Below, piece after piece: positions 61,626-64,000 of a DNA stretch of 64,000 bases. The notes under the pieces are model-generated. The model searched no databases, had not been told where the DNA came from, and was given only the letters and a program-made list of their open reading frames with translations. Source of the DNA: Patescibacteria group bacterium (lineage in GTDB: Bacteria; Patescibacteriota; Patescibacteriia; UBA9934; GWF2-40-263). The position numbers were made by a program, and so were the translations under genes. Location of the stretch: positions 353,181-417,180 of the forward strand of contig SCUM01000001.1 in assembly GCA_004297215.1 (NCBI GenBank), in the 5' to 3' direction. The first letter of the stretch is position 1. Each line of letters begins with the position of its first letter.

Positions 61626-64000
<2,375 letters not shown>

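Overview
This is a high-GC, gene-dense bacterial window (most genes about 65-70% GC). Its housekeeping proteins are compact, and many gene pairs are translationally coupled through 4-nt ATGA/GTGA start-stop overlaps. The reduced gene versions (TsaB with the N-domain only, a 196-aa EF-Ts, a 351-aa MetK) and the DUF4012 plus glycosyltransferase cluster would fit a reduced-genome lineage such as Patescibacteria/CPR or a high-GC Gram-positive, but the sequence alone cannot decide this.

Content, left to right:
- an envelope polysaccharide cluster: GT1 (partial), mreB, a DUF4012-like membrane protein, two GT2 genes and a processive QxxRW GT2
- a lower-GC island of about 8 kb (7.4-15.5 kb) carrying three paralogous PEP-utilizing phosphohistidine swivel-domain proteins, a stand-alone PPDK_N ATP-grasp module, two histidine-phosphatase paralogs, a RelE/ParE toxin-antitoxin pair and an orphan ORF
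- tsaB, a wHTH regulator, and the L10-L7/L12 ribosomal pair
- a UMP-kinase-like gene, a holin-family gene, xseBA, a C39-like peptidase and a TM0106-type RecB-like nuclease
- a cyclophilin PPIase, metK, HigBA, and an SOS block (lexA, a small ORF, dinB, and uvrD/pcrA)
- DUF2207, mltG, manC and a PAP2 phosphatase
- a glycolytic block: gpmI, one tRNA, eno, pgk, an NDH-2-like flavoprotein and gap
- tsf and rpsB, HicAB, queA, rpmE, prfA, then an ORF-free insert of about 1 kb, then prmC, rplY, ftsW/rodA and gyrB (partial)

Three things stand out. First, almost every intergenic spacer holds a 60-160 bp imperfect palindrome built from short tandem words, and some copies lie in-frame inside coding sequences. 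Second, the island's repeated pairing of a histidine phosphatase with a phospho-His swivel protein. Third, the lexA promoter carries two direct-repeat GTTC-N7-GTTC SOS boxes. No rRNA or CRISPR array is present.

Gene coordinates were taken from the ORF track. Coordinates for repeats, promoters, terminators and the tRNA were read off the printed sequence by eye and may be off by a few nt.
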